64,000 bases of DNA from Eledone cirrhosa (GCA_964016885.1 OZ024741.1:202554001-202618000), one strand, 5' to 3'; shown: positions 10,201-27,675, counted from the stretch's first letter. The notes: a model not told the origin generated them from the sequence alone. Program-made: numbers and translations.

Positions 10201-13200
10201 ATGACCTCACTCAGAATAGGCAGCATAAATGCGCGTGGCTTGGGGTCGTCATGGAAGCAGGGTCACCTGCTCAACGACCTCAGGTCACTAAACATAGATG
10301 TAGTGGCCATCAGCGAGACCAGAATCTCCGAAGCACGGGCCTTCGCACCGATCTTCGGCGGCTACGATGTGTACGCATCTCCCAGCAGTCCTGGATCCGG
10401 TGGAGGAGTTGCTGTGCTTTTTCGGAGAGGTTTGGATCTCGCCATACGGGCCATCTTCCTGGACCCAGAGGGTAAGCTGGTGGTGCTGGACGTGACCAGC
10501 GGAGACGGGCAAGCTTTCAGGCTAGTGGCCGTCTATGCCCCGACAGGAGCAGGGCGGCCTGATTTCTTCCGGCGTCTGGAGACCTTTCTTGGAACGTCCC
10601 GCTCTTTAGTGTTAGTGGGCGACTGGAACGGGATCTTAGATGCACGCTGGGACTGTGTGGGATTAGCGGATAGGGGTGGAGGGTGCAAGAGCCTCACCAA
10701 CCTGCTCAGGCGTTTTGAACTGTCTGACAGGTACCGATTGGATTTCCCGAATGGGCCAATGTGGACTTGGACAAACCGCATAGGGTCATCCAGATCATAT
10801 CTAGATAGAGTATTTTGTAGGGAAATAGATAGGTCTAGCATAGGCTGTCCACAATTCAAGATAGTCAGCTACACGGACCACAAATTCGTGATCTGTGTGC
10901 TTGACTTAGATAGGCTTCATAGACGAGGACCCGGCTACTGGAAGCTAAACGTGTCCTTACCAGCGCGCAAGGCCTACAGAGACCGGATTAGCGAACTAGT
11001 TAAGCGGGCGTTGACGGGGGCCATCGTCAACAACAAGTGGTGGTTTGCTCTGAAAAGAGCGATTAGAATAGAATCGATTAGGTTTAGTAAGGCTTTAGCA
11101 ATAGAGAAAAATAGAGCAGAGGGAGAACTAGTTAGAAAATTAGACGAGGCGCTTAGCAAAGGCATTGCGACCGACGTGCTTGCGGCGAAATTGGCCCTTG
11201 ACCAATTCTTCAATGCAAAGCACGAAGGCTGCGTTGTCAGAGCAAGGGTGCGTGCTCTCAGACACGAGGGGACGAAAGCCGTTCAATGGGCCCGAGTGGC
11301 GGAGGCGCGTCGTGGCAACAAAGCCACGATCCGGTCTTTGGTGGACCACGACGGGCGCATGCTACTCGATCCCGGGCAAATGTGTGAAGCTTTTCAGCGA
11401 CACTTCGCTCAGCTGTTCGGGGGCAGCGGTGGGCCGGGTAGAGGGATGGACTTTAGTGTCTGCCTCGACGGACTGCCGCGGCTCTCGGCCACTGAGGCGA
11501 AGTGTTGCGAAAAGCCGATAATAGCCGCTGAAGTAAGGGAGGCAATGACTGGCTGCACAAGGGGTAAATCGCCTGGTTTGGATGGTCTGCCCTATGAACT
11601 TTACGTACAGATGCCAGACTTGTTCGGAGGCCTCTTGGCGGACGTCTACTGCAACTGGCAACAGAACGGGAGAATTCCCAGTTCTGTGAGCCGAGGAGCG
11701 GTGGCACTGCTGAGAAAGGATCCGAACAAGGGGGATAACATAGACAATTTCCGGCCCATAACTCTGCTAAACACAGAGTTTAAGATTTTGGCCAAGGTGC
11801 TAGCAAAGAGGTTGGCGCTTGTCGTTGGTGGTCTGGTGGGAGAGGCGCAGACATGCGCCATTCCCGACAGATCCATCCACGACAACCTCCACCTCATGCG
11901 ATACATCGTAGAGAGGGTAGCTAGGGAACCTGGCACGGGTGGGTCCTTGATCAATTTAGATCAGTCGAAAGCTTTCGATAGGGTCGACCATCGTTACCTA
12001 GCGGCAGTCTTGAGGGCGGCTGGCTTTGGGCCCGTCTTCAGAGGCTGGATCGCTGCCATGCACAGCGACATCTGCTCTGTGGTGAGAGTGAACGGTCACC
12101 TGTCGGAACCGTTCAACATCATGCGCTCGGTCCGCCAAGGATGTCCCCTCTCGTCCCTCTTGTACGTATTGACTCTCGAGCCATTACTGCACAAACTGGA
12201 GACGTTGAGGGGAGTCCCGCGCGAACTAGGATGCGGAAGATCCGTGTCAGCATATGCGGACGATGTCACCGTAGTGGTGTCGAACGCCAAACACATGGAG
12301 GCGATCGGCACTACACTAAGAGAATACGAAGCGGTGACAGGAGCAATGATCAACCAGGAAAAGTCAGTGGGCCTGCAGCTCGGCACCTGGAGAGGCAGGT
12401 CCATGCCGTCCAACAGCGTCGTCGGACGCTGGACGGACGGACCGGTTAAATTGCTCGGGGTCTGGTTCGGTCCGGACCTCCAGACGGACAAAAACTGGGA
12501 CGAGGTGACGAGCAGGGTGGCTTCTCTCACCCAGAAATGGGCGGAGAGGAAGCTGTCCCTGAAAGGTCGAGCGGAGGTGGCTAACGCGCACATCGCGTCT
12601 ATCATCTGCTACCGCCTGATCGTCGTACCTTGTCCTAAGCCTCGCCTGACTGCGCTGGAGCGTTTGCTCTTTCGCTTTTTGTGGAAGGGACGTGCTCCGA
12701 TGGTCAGGCGGTCCATCTGTTGTCAACACCCGCTACGTGGAGGGCTGGGCATGCCGTGGCTGATGATGCGCAGGCACGCGCTCAGGCTACGACATCTCCA
12801 CCTCTTCCTCGACGGTGATCAGGTGTGGTCGCCGTTTGCTAGGCGCGTATTTCCGCAGCTCGTTTCCTTGACGGAGCTGCAGTCCTGGGTCAAGCGAAGA
12901 CCGAGAGGGAGCGCCTGGAGACTGGAATGTCTTCAGGCGCTCACAGCCCTCGACCCATCGGGCAATGTGATCGGTGGAAACTCCACCTCGGCGTTCTATA
13001 GAGGATTAGTGGAGGGTAAGAGCGACGACGTACTTGGGGAAACTCTAGGCGTCGACGAAAATCAACTAGCCAATCTCTTCGGAAGAACTTTCGGGCCGGG
13101 GCCTATGGACAACTTCCAGAAATCTCTGGCCTGGCAGTGCTACCGAGGAGCCTTGCCAGTTCGGGATAAACTCTACAGGCATGGAGGTGCCGTCAGCCGG

Positions 13201-13620
13201 GCATGTCCGAGATGCGCGCAGGGCGATGAAACCGTCCTGCACGCACTCGTCCAGTGTCCGAAAATTGCTGACTTGTGGGTTTATGTCGAACACCTGCTGT
13301 CGCGTTTAGGACGGATCCGGCTATCATCTGAATCCATCGTGAGGATTGCCCCGCCCTCCTCCTTTAGCCGGGAAGGGCAGGCAGTTTTTATCTGTCTGGT
13401 GGCCATGGCGAAAGAGATAGTATGGTGGACACGTTTGAAAGGGCTGAAGACGAGCACTTACCTCTTCGGTGAAGCCCTGATTGACTTTTTCAAATTTCAT
13501 TTGAAAAGGAAAATCAGAGTAGAGAGGGAAGTGCTCTCTTCCCAGCATTTTGTTGAAAGATGGGTGAGAGAAGCAAGAATGGCCCGAGTGAATGGGCCTA
13601 CTCTGAGTATATATCTGTAA
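10201..13620 (+). CDS. Tx1 ORF2 APE-RT, 1139 aa, intact
   Basis: Same motifs as 4119..7538, with only a few amino-acid differences. Confidence 0.96.
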   Translation: MTSLRIGSINARGLGSSWKQGHLLNDLRSLNIDVVAISETRISEARAFAPIFGGYDVYASPSSPGSGGGVAVLFRRGLDLAIRAIFLDPEGKLVVLDVTSGDGQAFRLVAVYAPTGAGRPDFFRRLETFLGTSRSLVLVGDWNGILDARWDCVGLADRGGGCKSLTNLLRRFELSDRYRLDFPNGPMWTWTNRIGSSRSYLDRVFCREIDRSSIGCPQFKIVSYTDHKFVICVLDLDRLHRRGPGYWKLNVSLPARKAYRDRISELVKRALTGAIVNNKWWFALKRAIRIESIRFSKALAIEKNRAEGELVRKLDEALSKGIATDVLAAKLALDQFFNAKHEGCVVRARVRALRHEGTKAVQWARVAEARRGNKATIRSLVDHDGRMLLDPGQMCEAFQRHFAQLFGGSGGPGRGMDFSVCLDGLPRLSATEAKCCEKPIIAAEVREAMTGCTRGKSPGLDGLPYELYVQMPDLFGGLLADVYCNWQQNGRIPSSVSRGAVALLRKDPNKGDNIDNFRPITLLNTEFKILAKVLAKRLALVVGGLVGEAQTCAIPDRSIHDNLHLMRYIVERVAREPGTGGSLINLDQSKAFDRVDHRYLAAVLRAAGFGPVFRGWIAAMHSDICSVVRVNGHLSEPFNIMRSVRQGCPLSSLLYVLTLEPLLHKLETLRGVPRELGCGRSVSAYADDVTVVVSNAKHMEAIGTTLREYEAVTGAMINQEKSVGLQLGTWRGRSMPSNSVVGRWTDGPVKLLGVWFGPDLQTDKNWDEVTSRVASLTQKWAERKLSLKGRAEVANAHIASIICYRLIVVPCPKPRLTALERLLFRFLWKGRAPMVRRSICCQHPLRGGLGMPWLMMRRHALRLRHLHLFLDGDQVWSPFARRVFPQLVSLTELQSWVKRRPRGSAWRLECLQALTALDPSGNVIGGNSTSAFYRGLVEGKSDDVLGETLGVDENQLANLFGRTFGPGPMDNFQKSLAWQCYRGALPVRDKLYRHGGAVSRACPRCAQGDETVLHALVQCPKIADLWVYVEHLLSRLGRIRLSSESIVRIAPPSSFSREGQAVFICLVAMAKEIVWWTRLKGLKTSTYLFGEALIDFFKFHLKRKIRVEREVLSSQHFVERWVREARMARVNGPTLSIYL

Positions 13621-13879
13621 ATTAAAGGTGGAAAACTGGGAGAGGGCACTTGCCTTGGTGGTCAGGGTCATTGTGGCTTTTTACTGGGCTTTCTCCACAA
13701 ATGTCCCTCCGAAGTCTCGCCCCTATTGGGGAATTTTTCATTGTTATTTTCATTGTTATTTTTGTTACATCCTCTGTTTTTGTTTTTTACACGCAGAAAT
13801 GCCCATTTGTACCGTCCTGCATTGTCCTGCACTGTCCTTAATGTCTACTTTATGTAAACCCTTGTGGTTAATAAAGAAA

Positions 13880-13928
<49 letters not shown>

Positions 13929-14126
13929 GTATATCACAGGTATATATTGAGTTAGAAACTCAAAATAGTCTCTTACAATTAAATAGCTCAAGGAAAGAGA
14001 TTATTTCGAGCCGTATATTATAACTGAACATAAAAGAGAGATAAACACAGACATATACATATATGTGCTCAAATCGTAAGGGACCAGATTCGCTAAGGTG
14101 AAAAGAATACTAACTATAGACATATG

Positions 14127-14400
<274 letters not shown>

Positions 14401-14401
14401 T

Positions 14402-14725
14402 TTGAGTCCAGAAATAGCCGTCGAAACGGCTTGAGCTCTGCCGTCGGGGTCATACTTTTCCCTATTTCCCACTCTACTACCCAAAGTATTGAGTACTCTG
14501 GTGCGTTATGGTCCATCTGGTTCCCTACCACAATTCCTTTGTTATATATATATATATATATATATATAGGAACCAGTAAGACCCCGACAGCTGAATTCAA
14601 GCCGTTTCGACGGCTTGAGCTCAGCTGTCGGGGTCTTACTGGTTCCTATTACCCACTCTACTACCTCGAGTATTGAGTACTTTGGTGCGTTATGGTCCAC
14701 CTGGTTCCTTACCACATTTCCTTCG

Positions 14726-14727
<2 letters not shown>
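14402..14727 (+). mobile_element. Two short non-coding repeat copies with a hammerhead 3' half (GAAA-stem III-GUC) in (TA)n; the second has a fold-back
   Basis: GAAAcggcttgagctctgccgTC plus a ~110-nt tail at 14402-14542, repeated at 14620-14727; homologue at 41024-41176; ~39-bp hairpin at 14566-14649. Confidence 0.6.
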
Positions 14728-14803
<76 letters not shown>

Positions 14804-15589
14804 TCATATATATATATATGCATATATAAATATGACATAAAACCTATTAAGAGTAACATCAAACCTTCCTCAAACCACAGATTTGTAAATAGATGGGAAA
14901 ACCAGTGAAATAATTTTTTTCCAATGTCTTAGGCAAATCTCCCTCAAACTATAGATACATTTAATGTGTTAGGAAATGATACAATTACCTAAGAAATATA
15001 CAGCTAACCACATAATCTAGTCTCGTTAAAATCTACTTTAAATTTATAAACTAATTTCCAGAACTGTAATCTACACACTTTAATAAGTATCTGTATAAAA
15101 TTTCCATAAAAACACATATGAATTAAGAAAGTTATGAACAAAATTAGTTGTGTCATTACTTTAAAAGCTCATGTAAATATCACGATCAAAGGGAGGTAAA
15201 TCCAAAATTTTCATTCCTGGTTTCGAAAGATATATGTTGTCAACAACAATGCTAGAAATAGCAGCCAAGCGTTTCTATAAAAGAAAATGCTAGACACAAC
15301 AGCCAAATCTCCTTCAAATAGTACATCTTATATTTTAGAATGGCAGAAATAGAATCCAAATCTCCCTTTTAGTGATGAACCAAACTTTCCATATATAAAA
15401 GAACTAAAAAAAAAGTTATCGCTCTACATGGCTGAATACAATAAATGTAATGTGACTTTTTCGAATATTAATAATAATATTCGACCCCTTTGCAATTATG
15501 AACAAACAGCTTCTTTTTAAGCCGTTTCGGTAGAATGAGTGTGTAGGCATGTAAACAGAACTGCAGACACTGTTTTCTGGGTGATTACC

Positions 15590-15790
15590 CTTCCCTGGCA
15601 CAAAACCAAACTGCATCTCATCTAATTTGACCCTTTCTGTAATTAGTTGCGCTAATATTCTTTTTGCCACTTTCATAACCTGATCCATCAGTTTTATGCC
15701 CCTACAACTGCTCCTCTCCAGAGCATGCCCTTTACCTTTGTAGCAATTTATAAGAATACTGCTGCACCAGTCTTTCGGTATGACACCGCC
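15590..15790 (-). pseudogene. RTE-clade RT fragment
   Basis: MDQVMKVAKRILAQLITERVKLDEMQFGFVPGKG. Confidence 0.7.
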
Positions 15791-15806
15791 CCATATATAG
15801 CTTTAT

Positions 15807-15849
<43 letters not shown>

Positions 15850-15850
<1 letters not shown>

Positions 15851-16500
15851 TGAAGGACAATGTAGAGATAAGAATATAGTGTACATAGGTGAGACAGCTC
15901 GTAGTATAGGAGAACGGATAAATGAACACTGGCGAGATCTTCAAGATAGTAAAGAATCATCTGTACTCCACCAACATGCTAAAATAGAACATAAGGGTAA
16001 ATTAGAGAACATAGAAATAAAAATAGAATCTACACACAGAAAAGAGGCAATGTTTAGACAAATCACAGAGGCAATAAACATAAATGAACTCCAACCAAAA
16101 TTAAATAGAAAACATGAATGGAATAGCAACATCACAACTTACAATTAAGGACAAAATGAAAACACGCACACACATAGAACAAACAACCAACCAGTAACAT
16201 GTAAATAAACAAATAAATAAACAAATATAAACACACACAGACACCCGGATGTAACACATGCGCAAACTAAGCACACAACACACACAAAAACAAGATGGCG
16301 TAGGACAGAACAAAGGAGAGGCACAAAAACAACGAAAAGAATCCCCAGTCACTGAAGAGGTCACATAATGTGTGACGAAAGAACTTTGACAATATATGAA
16401 CAATCGCCTGGTTGTGGAACCAACCAACCAACCGGAAATTTATAAATTCTTAAATTTATAAATTTAATTTATAATAAATTGGAGTGAAAGCAAATGGTGC
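15850..16500 (+). mobile_element. Penelope-like element 3' fragment (GIY-YIG C-terminus, 3' UTR, hammerhead)
   Basis: YIGETARSIGERINEH...LHQH...ITEAININELQPKLN, starting at a (TA)n tract. Confidence 0.85.
16348..16390 (+). ncRNA. Minimal type I hammerhead ribozyme
   Basis: gtca CTGAAGA g gtcaca-taatg-tgtgac GAAA gaac TT tgac. Confidence 0.8.
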
Positions 16501-16600
16501 GTGTGTTTCTGATTGGCAACATGACCCTCCCAAAGCATAACAATATCGGTTTCAACACACGTTTTCAGATAAAGAATCTTGCTAAACAAATTCAGAAACG

Positions 16601-16642
<42 letters not shown>

Positions 16643-16788
16643 GGAGGGTATGTGCATAAACACTTACTTACCGTACTGTATTATTGCAGTATTGTGTTAG
16701 CTCAATGTACGTAGACAGAGCCGTTATACGCAAAATAAACCAAAGAACGCTTTGGTTTATTTTGCACACACACATATATATATATATA

Positions 16789-19241
<2,453 letters not shown>

Positions 19242-19456
19242 CAGTGGCGAAGAGTAACCTGGAAAGCAGAGCATGCAGTCAAATCGCCATGACGGAAAGT
19301 GGGGCTGTGCAGCCTTCCCCTCCAATTCCCTCTAAATGACCCTCCCGGTCAAAGCCGCATGTAGTGTTCTCCAGTGTGTGTGTGTTATCTTTTTATGTGT
19401 CTACGATTTAGTAAGCAGTCAAAATTCTGCTTGCCCCAAAGCTGTCGTGTGTTTGT

Positions 19457-19523
<67 letters not shown>

Positions 19524-19859
19524 CCTTTTTTGTGTCTATAGGTTTTAGTAAGCAACCAAAATTCTGCTGGCTTCAACCGACGCAATTGATCAACTCAATA
19601 TTCTATAACGCATGCACTGCATGCGTTGCATGCACAGACCCTTTTCCCCTGATACACACATACACACATACATAATAGCTGATTTACTGAACGATAGTAT
19701 CTCTTCACCACTCTCTCTCTCACCACTCTCACAGCAACCACCACAGTTATCATCATCATCATCACCACTGCTGCTGCCATTGTCTTCTACCACCTCAGCT
19801 ACTAATAATAAACCACTGCTTTCTTCCCCCACATCGCCCCCTCAATCCTTCTGTAGTAT

Positions 19860-22800
19860 AAAGAACCTTGAAAAATCTATAAAGCTGAATGCCCCTCCAC
19901 GAAACAAACAAGAAACCCCAAAATATGCTGCTACTCACTACGTCAGAGACTCTGCAGATGTACCGACTCATCTTCACACATTTACCTGACACTAGACGCA
20001 TAAACACTACCAGCCAACGTCAAAGTACGCTTCCCACAATAACATCAACATCAACACCACCAAATAGTAAATTGAATGCACGCGTAAGTCGGAATCCCCA
20101 AATCTGCCAGTATCCCCAACGCGAGAGACTATGTCTGCTGCGTGACGGTCCCTTCACTCATCTTCCAGAGATCCAACGCACTAACAGAAAAGGGGCTCCA
20201 AGCCAACACGCAAACCACAATAAAACCACCTCCTGCTGCAGTAATGCTGGTCCAGTCTTTTCACAATGACACAAATACAACAACAACCAAAACAACAAAA
20301 TACAACAACAACCAAAACAACAACAACAAAAGAGGAAACTACAACCCTATCCAACAGTGTAACCACAATTCCAATCAAAAGCTGCTCCCTGAACAGGCAA
20401 ATTTTTCTTTTTTAGCCATGTTGAACCTGGCAAAAGAGATACAGAAAAACATTTTAGCCATCACCCAACACCATCCTATGATATTACCCCAGTGCACCAA
20501 CCCTCCACATTGCTGACACTAACACACAATCTCAAAACAAGCCCCCTGCAACAGTCAAAACCAGCCACTACACTAGCCTCCACATTTCTACTCAATGCAC
20601 AAGGTGTCAGCCCATCCATCAATGCACAGAAATGGAAGATCTAATTCATTGAGGATTGGGTTGGTAACCATCCACTCCACATCCCTTTTTTCATTCTTAC
20701 TGAGACCCACCTTGACAACTCCCACTTGGAGGCCGAAGTAAAAGAGGAATTTCACAACCATCCGCACAGATCTGTCGACAGAAGGAAGGGTGGAACTGCC
20801 ATTTTCCTGCATGATTCCTTTACAACAGATGGAAATATCACATTCTCCAATGGCTACTGTGAATCAGTCACCGTGTACAACAAATCCAAGGACCTGATAG
20901 TAATTGGGCTCTATAGGCCACCCCAAACACCTATAATGCGCTTCAAAGAATGCCTCAACATCATTAAGTGCTTTATTCAACAGTGCTATTCTAGTAACAT
21001 ACTTTTTATGGGAGACTTTAATCTACCCTGTGTTGATTGGTCTACAAACAGTTTGAAACCAGGCACTCCCACCTCAACCACTGACAAAGAAGCAGTTGAG
21101 TCATTTCTGGACTTTACGAATGAGTTTTCCTTGTCCTTGCACCAACAAGGTATCAGAAGAACATTTTGGACCTAGTTTTAAGTAACCACGCTAACACTAT
21201 AGATAATATTACAGTAGAAAAAACCCTTCTTTCAGACCATGACATGGTTCTTTGTAACCTGAGATTCCACCAACCGAAAGCTAATCCTAGGGACCTCTTT
21301 CCAGTCCACCCATTTGATAATATGGATCTCTATAATGCCAACTGGGATGCAATCATGAACGAACTATCACATGTTGACTGGTCTTTTACACATGCACTCA
21401 TTTCCATCAACATCAAAACATCTTGGCGGATCTTTGTAGATACTGTCACAAATATATGTGCAAAACACACCCTACCAAGACCTGTGAACAAAACTAAGTG
21501 CAGTATCCCCCAAAACAGAAAAACTATTATCAGAAAAATAAAAAAGAACAAACAAAAGAATTAACACACTAAAATACTGCCAACAGCAACACACACGGCT
21601 ATCACACTGCTTGAATAAAAAAAATATAACTTTCAACAATGCATGAAGATCATCGTCAATAACCAAAGAACAGCTGAGGAGAAAATCAAATTCAACCCCA
21701 AAGTGTTCTTTTCATTTGCGAAAAAACACAAGGTCACCGTCTCCACTGTTGGCCCTCTAGCTGATGAAAATGGCACACTCCAAGATACTGCCAAAACCAT
21801 GGGCGAGATACTGCAGAAACAATACTGCTATGTTTTCAGCAATCCTGATATGGCCGATCTGGACTGTATCAGTGATGTTAATCCCCAACACACTATATCG
21901 GACATAACGTTTGGCACCCCTGATGTCTTAGCGGCAATAAACGAAATTAAACACAATTCAGCAGTAGGCCCCGATAGGTTCCCTGCCTGTGTCCTGAAGG
22001 TGTGTCGACACTAACTTGCATCTCCTCTTGCTAATCTGTGGAGGAATTCACTGGATGCTGGCTATATTCCTGAAAACTTTCTGTCCCAGTCTGTTGTCCC
22101 AGTTTTCAAAAAGGGAAACAAGTTCCTTGCAGTGAACTACCGTCTGATCTCACTCACCTCTCATATCATCAAGGTATTTGTGAGGCTGGTGGGATCACGA
22201 ATAACCCACTTTCTCAAAAGCAGCAGACTGCTGAACTCCAACCAACATGGGTTCCGTAATGGAAGGGACTGCCTAATGCAGCTCCTGCATCACTTTGATG
22301 ATATTTTGAGAGCTCTGGGAGAGGGTTCCAACACTGATGTCATCTACCTTTGACAAGATTGATCATAAGATTCTATTGAAAAAACTATGCAACATTGGTG
22401 TCTCGAAAGTTACTACAGTGGATCAAGTGTTTCCTGACAGACAGAGCCCAACATGTTGTCGAAGGAGTAAAATCAAGCCGAGCCAAAGTCAACAGTGGCG
22501 TCTTGCAAGGCACTGTGTTGGGCCCACTTCTTTTCATCATCTACACTAATGACATTGCTGACACCATCAAGCACAGCAACATCAGAATCTTCGCAGAGGA
22601 TTCCAAGCTCCAGAAGGTCATTAATGAGGTGGGTGACCGGACTTGCCTTCAGTCAGACCTCCTGGCTGTTATCCAATGGGCAGAAAAGAACAATATGTTG
22701 CTGAATGAGGATAAATTTGAGTTAATCCACTTCGTTAAAGAGGATGCCCTGAAACTCCCATACTCTCTTCCTTCAGGTGAAACTCTCGTGGCATCCAACA

Positions 22801-23538
22801 ACATCAGAAAATTGGGAGTAATTGTAGACAACAACATAAGCTGGGCCACTCAAATAAACAGCAAAGTTGATATGGCCTGCAGAATGTGTTCCTGGATTCT
22901 CAGAACCTTCCAGTCGATAGATATCCACACTGTTATCCTTCTCTTCTCCACTTTTGCCCGACCCCACCTTGAATACTGTTGTCCACTGTGGTTTCCCCAC
23001 ACGAAACAAGGTATCATGTAAGTTAAAGCACCTCAAAGGTCAATTACAAAAAAGATAGATGGCATGACAGGTCTTGACTATTGGAGTCGATTATAAAAGC
23101 TCAACCTTTATTCTCTCCAACGTCACCATGAGCGCTACATTATCTGCATGATGGGGAAAATATTCCATCAGCTTAGCCCAAATGATGTTGGCATCACCTT
23201 TAATGTACACCCAAGGCTTGGGCCACGTGCTATCCGCCCACGAAAAAAATCTCACTCGCATCTCATAACAACAATACGGTACAATTATTTCACCTCAATT
23301 GGCCCCGCTCTCTTTAACATTACACTAAAACACATTAAAACGGAAGCAGACCCCATAAAGTTTAAGAAGTCTTTGGACAAATTCCTGGATATACAGCTGG
23401 ATATGTCTCCATAAACAATAACTCTCTACTTGAGTGGGCCATGTTGTCCAAATCCTGATTTGAAAGACTTCGTCAGGTGGTGCTATTAAGTAAGACATGG
23501 CCTAGGCCAATACTGGCTGAAACCTATCAAAGTTATCA
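19860..23538 (+). mobile_element. Degenerate CR1-group LINE (APE + RT, many stops and frameshifts)
   Basis: GLYRPP, GDFNLP, SDHD, NYRLISLTS, QHGFR, SGVLQGTVLGPLLF, FAEDSK, RPHLEYC. Confidence 0.88.
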
Positions 23539-23582
23539 TACATATATATATATATGTATATAAATATATATACATACATATA

Positions 23583-25215
<1,633 letters not shown>

Positions 25216-26129
25216 GAGGGTGGTGATTGGGATGGGTGGAGGTCATTGGTTGATGGGTTTAAAGAAAAGTGAATTCTTTAAAAACTATATCTAGAGTAAC
25301 AAAGGCAGAAAGAATTCTATAGACAAGTTCACCCTGGGGCTGCCACTCCTGATTTTTAAGGTTCACTAAGCTAACAATGCCTATGGTCAGGTGTCTACAA
25401 ACACACTCACACACACATGCACTCTCGCACAAACACACACTCTTATACAAATATTTTGGAACATCGGACACTTTTATCACACACTTCATCCATGGATGTC
25501 ACAATAGCAATTTTGTTGTCTGTCCACCCGTACAGTAGAACAAAATGTAAACAGATATGCTGCGTAAGTTTAGCACACTTGTTAACGAGATAAATAAAAT
25601 GTTTGTTAATGTTTTGTTTTGTTTTGTTTCCGTTTTCCAATGTATTGTGTGTGAGTATACAAAAAGATCTGCGCACGTATATATAATTAAAAGGTGTATG
25701 TGGGTTAGAAGCGAAGTCAATATTCAGAATGGTTTTATAATGTACATAAGATTGGCCGGTATAGTCTCTCACACGAGACTATATACTTGTATGTATATGC
25801 GTGTGTGGTATGTATCTGTATATAAATCTGTGTGTAAATTGTTGTTTATAGAGTTTGGAAAGTACTTACTGTGATCCCATGTCTACATGTGGTTTGTTGG
25901 CGAAAATAAGATATACTTCGTTAAAGTAATGTTATGTTGAAACTGGTTCTAATAGTCAGAGAATAGTGAAAGTATTTGTAATAATGAATATTGTAATCCA
26001 TCTGACATGAGCTAAAAAGCAGTTTTCTGTGGTAAGATTATATTGTTTGCAATTCTTTCAGAATGAAAATATAAACAGAGCATATAAATAAATTTACAGT
26101 AGAATAACATAACAAATATGTTTTAAATA

Positions 26130-27460
26130 TATACATAAATAACATTACAAATGCTTAGACAACACTACAAATAGCTCGCGATTCTTTCAGAAAGATATAT
26201 TCTTTTAATGTTACAACATTAAAGAAAATGTAAAGGAAGGGATGAACAACGGAGCCAACACCAGAGCAAAAGACAGCAACGTCGCGAGTACTGGGCAACC
26301 TCTCTAATGATTTTTGAGGCAAGCCAGCACACTCGCAGCGTTGCCTCGGGTGATGGCGAGGCTGATGCGCTGAAACAGCCAAGCGCCCTCGCGAGATTCG
26401 CCAGTTACCTCTATTAAGCGAGCCGCCAGTGAGGAGAGGAACATCGCAGTCAGCAGACAGTTTTGAAAGCCACAGGCTGAAAAATGTAGCTGGCCGACAG
26501 ATCAGAGTATTTGAGGGTCTTACTCCGTTCGGCTGCAGAAGCTGTGGCTCTCGTCCTAACCGCAGCATCCAGGATATGGGAAAAAGCAAAAGAGTCACTA
26601 ACAGTGACGTCCCAGACAAGGCACCTGCCTCTCGACCAGGGGCACAGGGTAAGGCCGTCAGGTCTTTTGCGGTCACTTCTGGACAACCCAGATGGTTCCA
26701 AGACTGAAGGGATATTCGCCCGCGCCAAAGCTCTCTTCAGAATGAGGTTTAGCTCCGTGTGTCGCGCGAAGCGGCCTCCATTCAGGCGGCAAGACCGTGG
26801 AGGCCTGTGGAGTCGAGGAGTTTTCCGTATCGGCACCTCAAACCCATGCAGACGTCAGCTCCCACTCTGAGGGCGATGGAGACACGAAGTTCTTCCAGGC
26901 TGAGTAGGCCACCGACGTTGGCCACGGGTAGGGCATCAACCCAGTCGCCTGAATATTTGGCGCTGGCAGATAGTAAGCGTCATCTTGCAAACTGATCTGA
27001 CTGGACGAAGAGGGAGTCGAAGGTGGCCTTCGAACTTATGCTGTCCCAAGTTCTCTGACTTCGACTGTCCTCCACCTTCTCAGGAAGAGACAAGCCCAAC
27101 TCACTCCATTGCTGGAGAGCTTCACCCAACTCCCTGTTGGAACTAGTCCATGTTGGAAAGGAGAGGATGCTGCTCACCAGGGTGGAGCAAGCGTGGGTGG
27201 AGGAAAGGAAGCAGGGGAGAGAGAGGGACGAATATTTACGAAGACCAAGACCCGCAAATCACTTGGGCAACGCAGCCTGATCGCGGGACTCTGGAGAGAG
27301 TCTAACATTGACCAAGCACTCTAGTCTCTCGAAGATTAGGTCGTCAAAGCGTTGGAGGCAGGACGGAAATCTGTGAGAGGGGCTGACCCTGAGCAGATGC
27401 AGAAGCTTAGGAATAGACAGGTAATTCCCGAGGAGAGCCGAGGTCATGCGTCCTTCCATG
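26130..27460 (-). mobile_element. CRE-like RLE non-LTR retrotransposon 3' fragment
   Basis: RHTELNLILKRALARANIPSVLEP...KRPDG...WSRGRCLVWDVT; upstream PKLLHLLR...QAALP. Confidence 0.8.
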
Positions 27461-27484
27461 TCGTCATCTTCCTATTATTATTAA

Positions 27485-27675
27485 GGGTGGTGGATTGGCA
27501 GTATCGGTAGAGGGTCGGAAAATATGCCGAGTCGCATAGAGTTTATGATCTGAGTTCAAATGCCGCCGAGGTTAACTTTGCCTTTCATCCTTATGGGGTC
27601 GATAAAATAAAGTACCAGTAATGCACTGGGTAATTGCTGGCCTTGAGCCAAAAAGTAGAAAAAATTATTATTATT
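27485..27675 (+). mobile_element. tRNA-derived SINE with Nin/Deu-like core and (ATT)n tail
   Basis: A box TGGCAGTATCGG, B box GAGTTCAAAT, core GCCTTTCATCCTTAYGGGGTCGATAAAATAAAGTACCAG; about 8 copies in the window. Confidence 0.8.

Larger units (their letters stand above)
7849..13881 (+). mobile_element. Tx1-clade LINE, copy 3 (full length)
   Basis: Same termini as copy 2; followed by (ATT)13 at 13882-13920. Confidence 0.93.

Noticed and set aside
2238-13671. Antisense ORFs within the Tx1 copies
   Set aside because: They are shadows of GC-rich or low-complexity sense ORFs and are shared only because the copies are near-identical.
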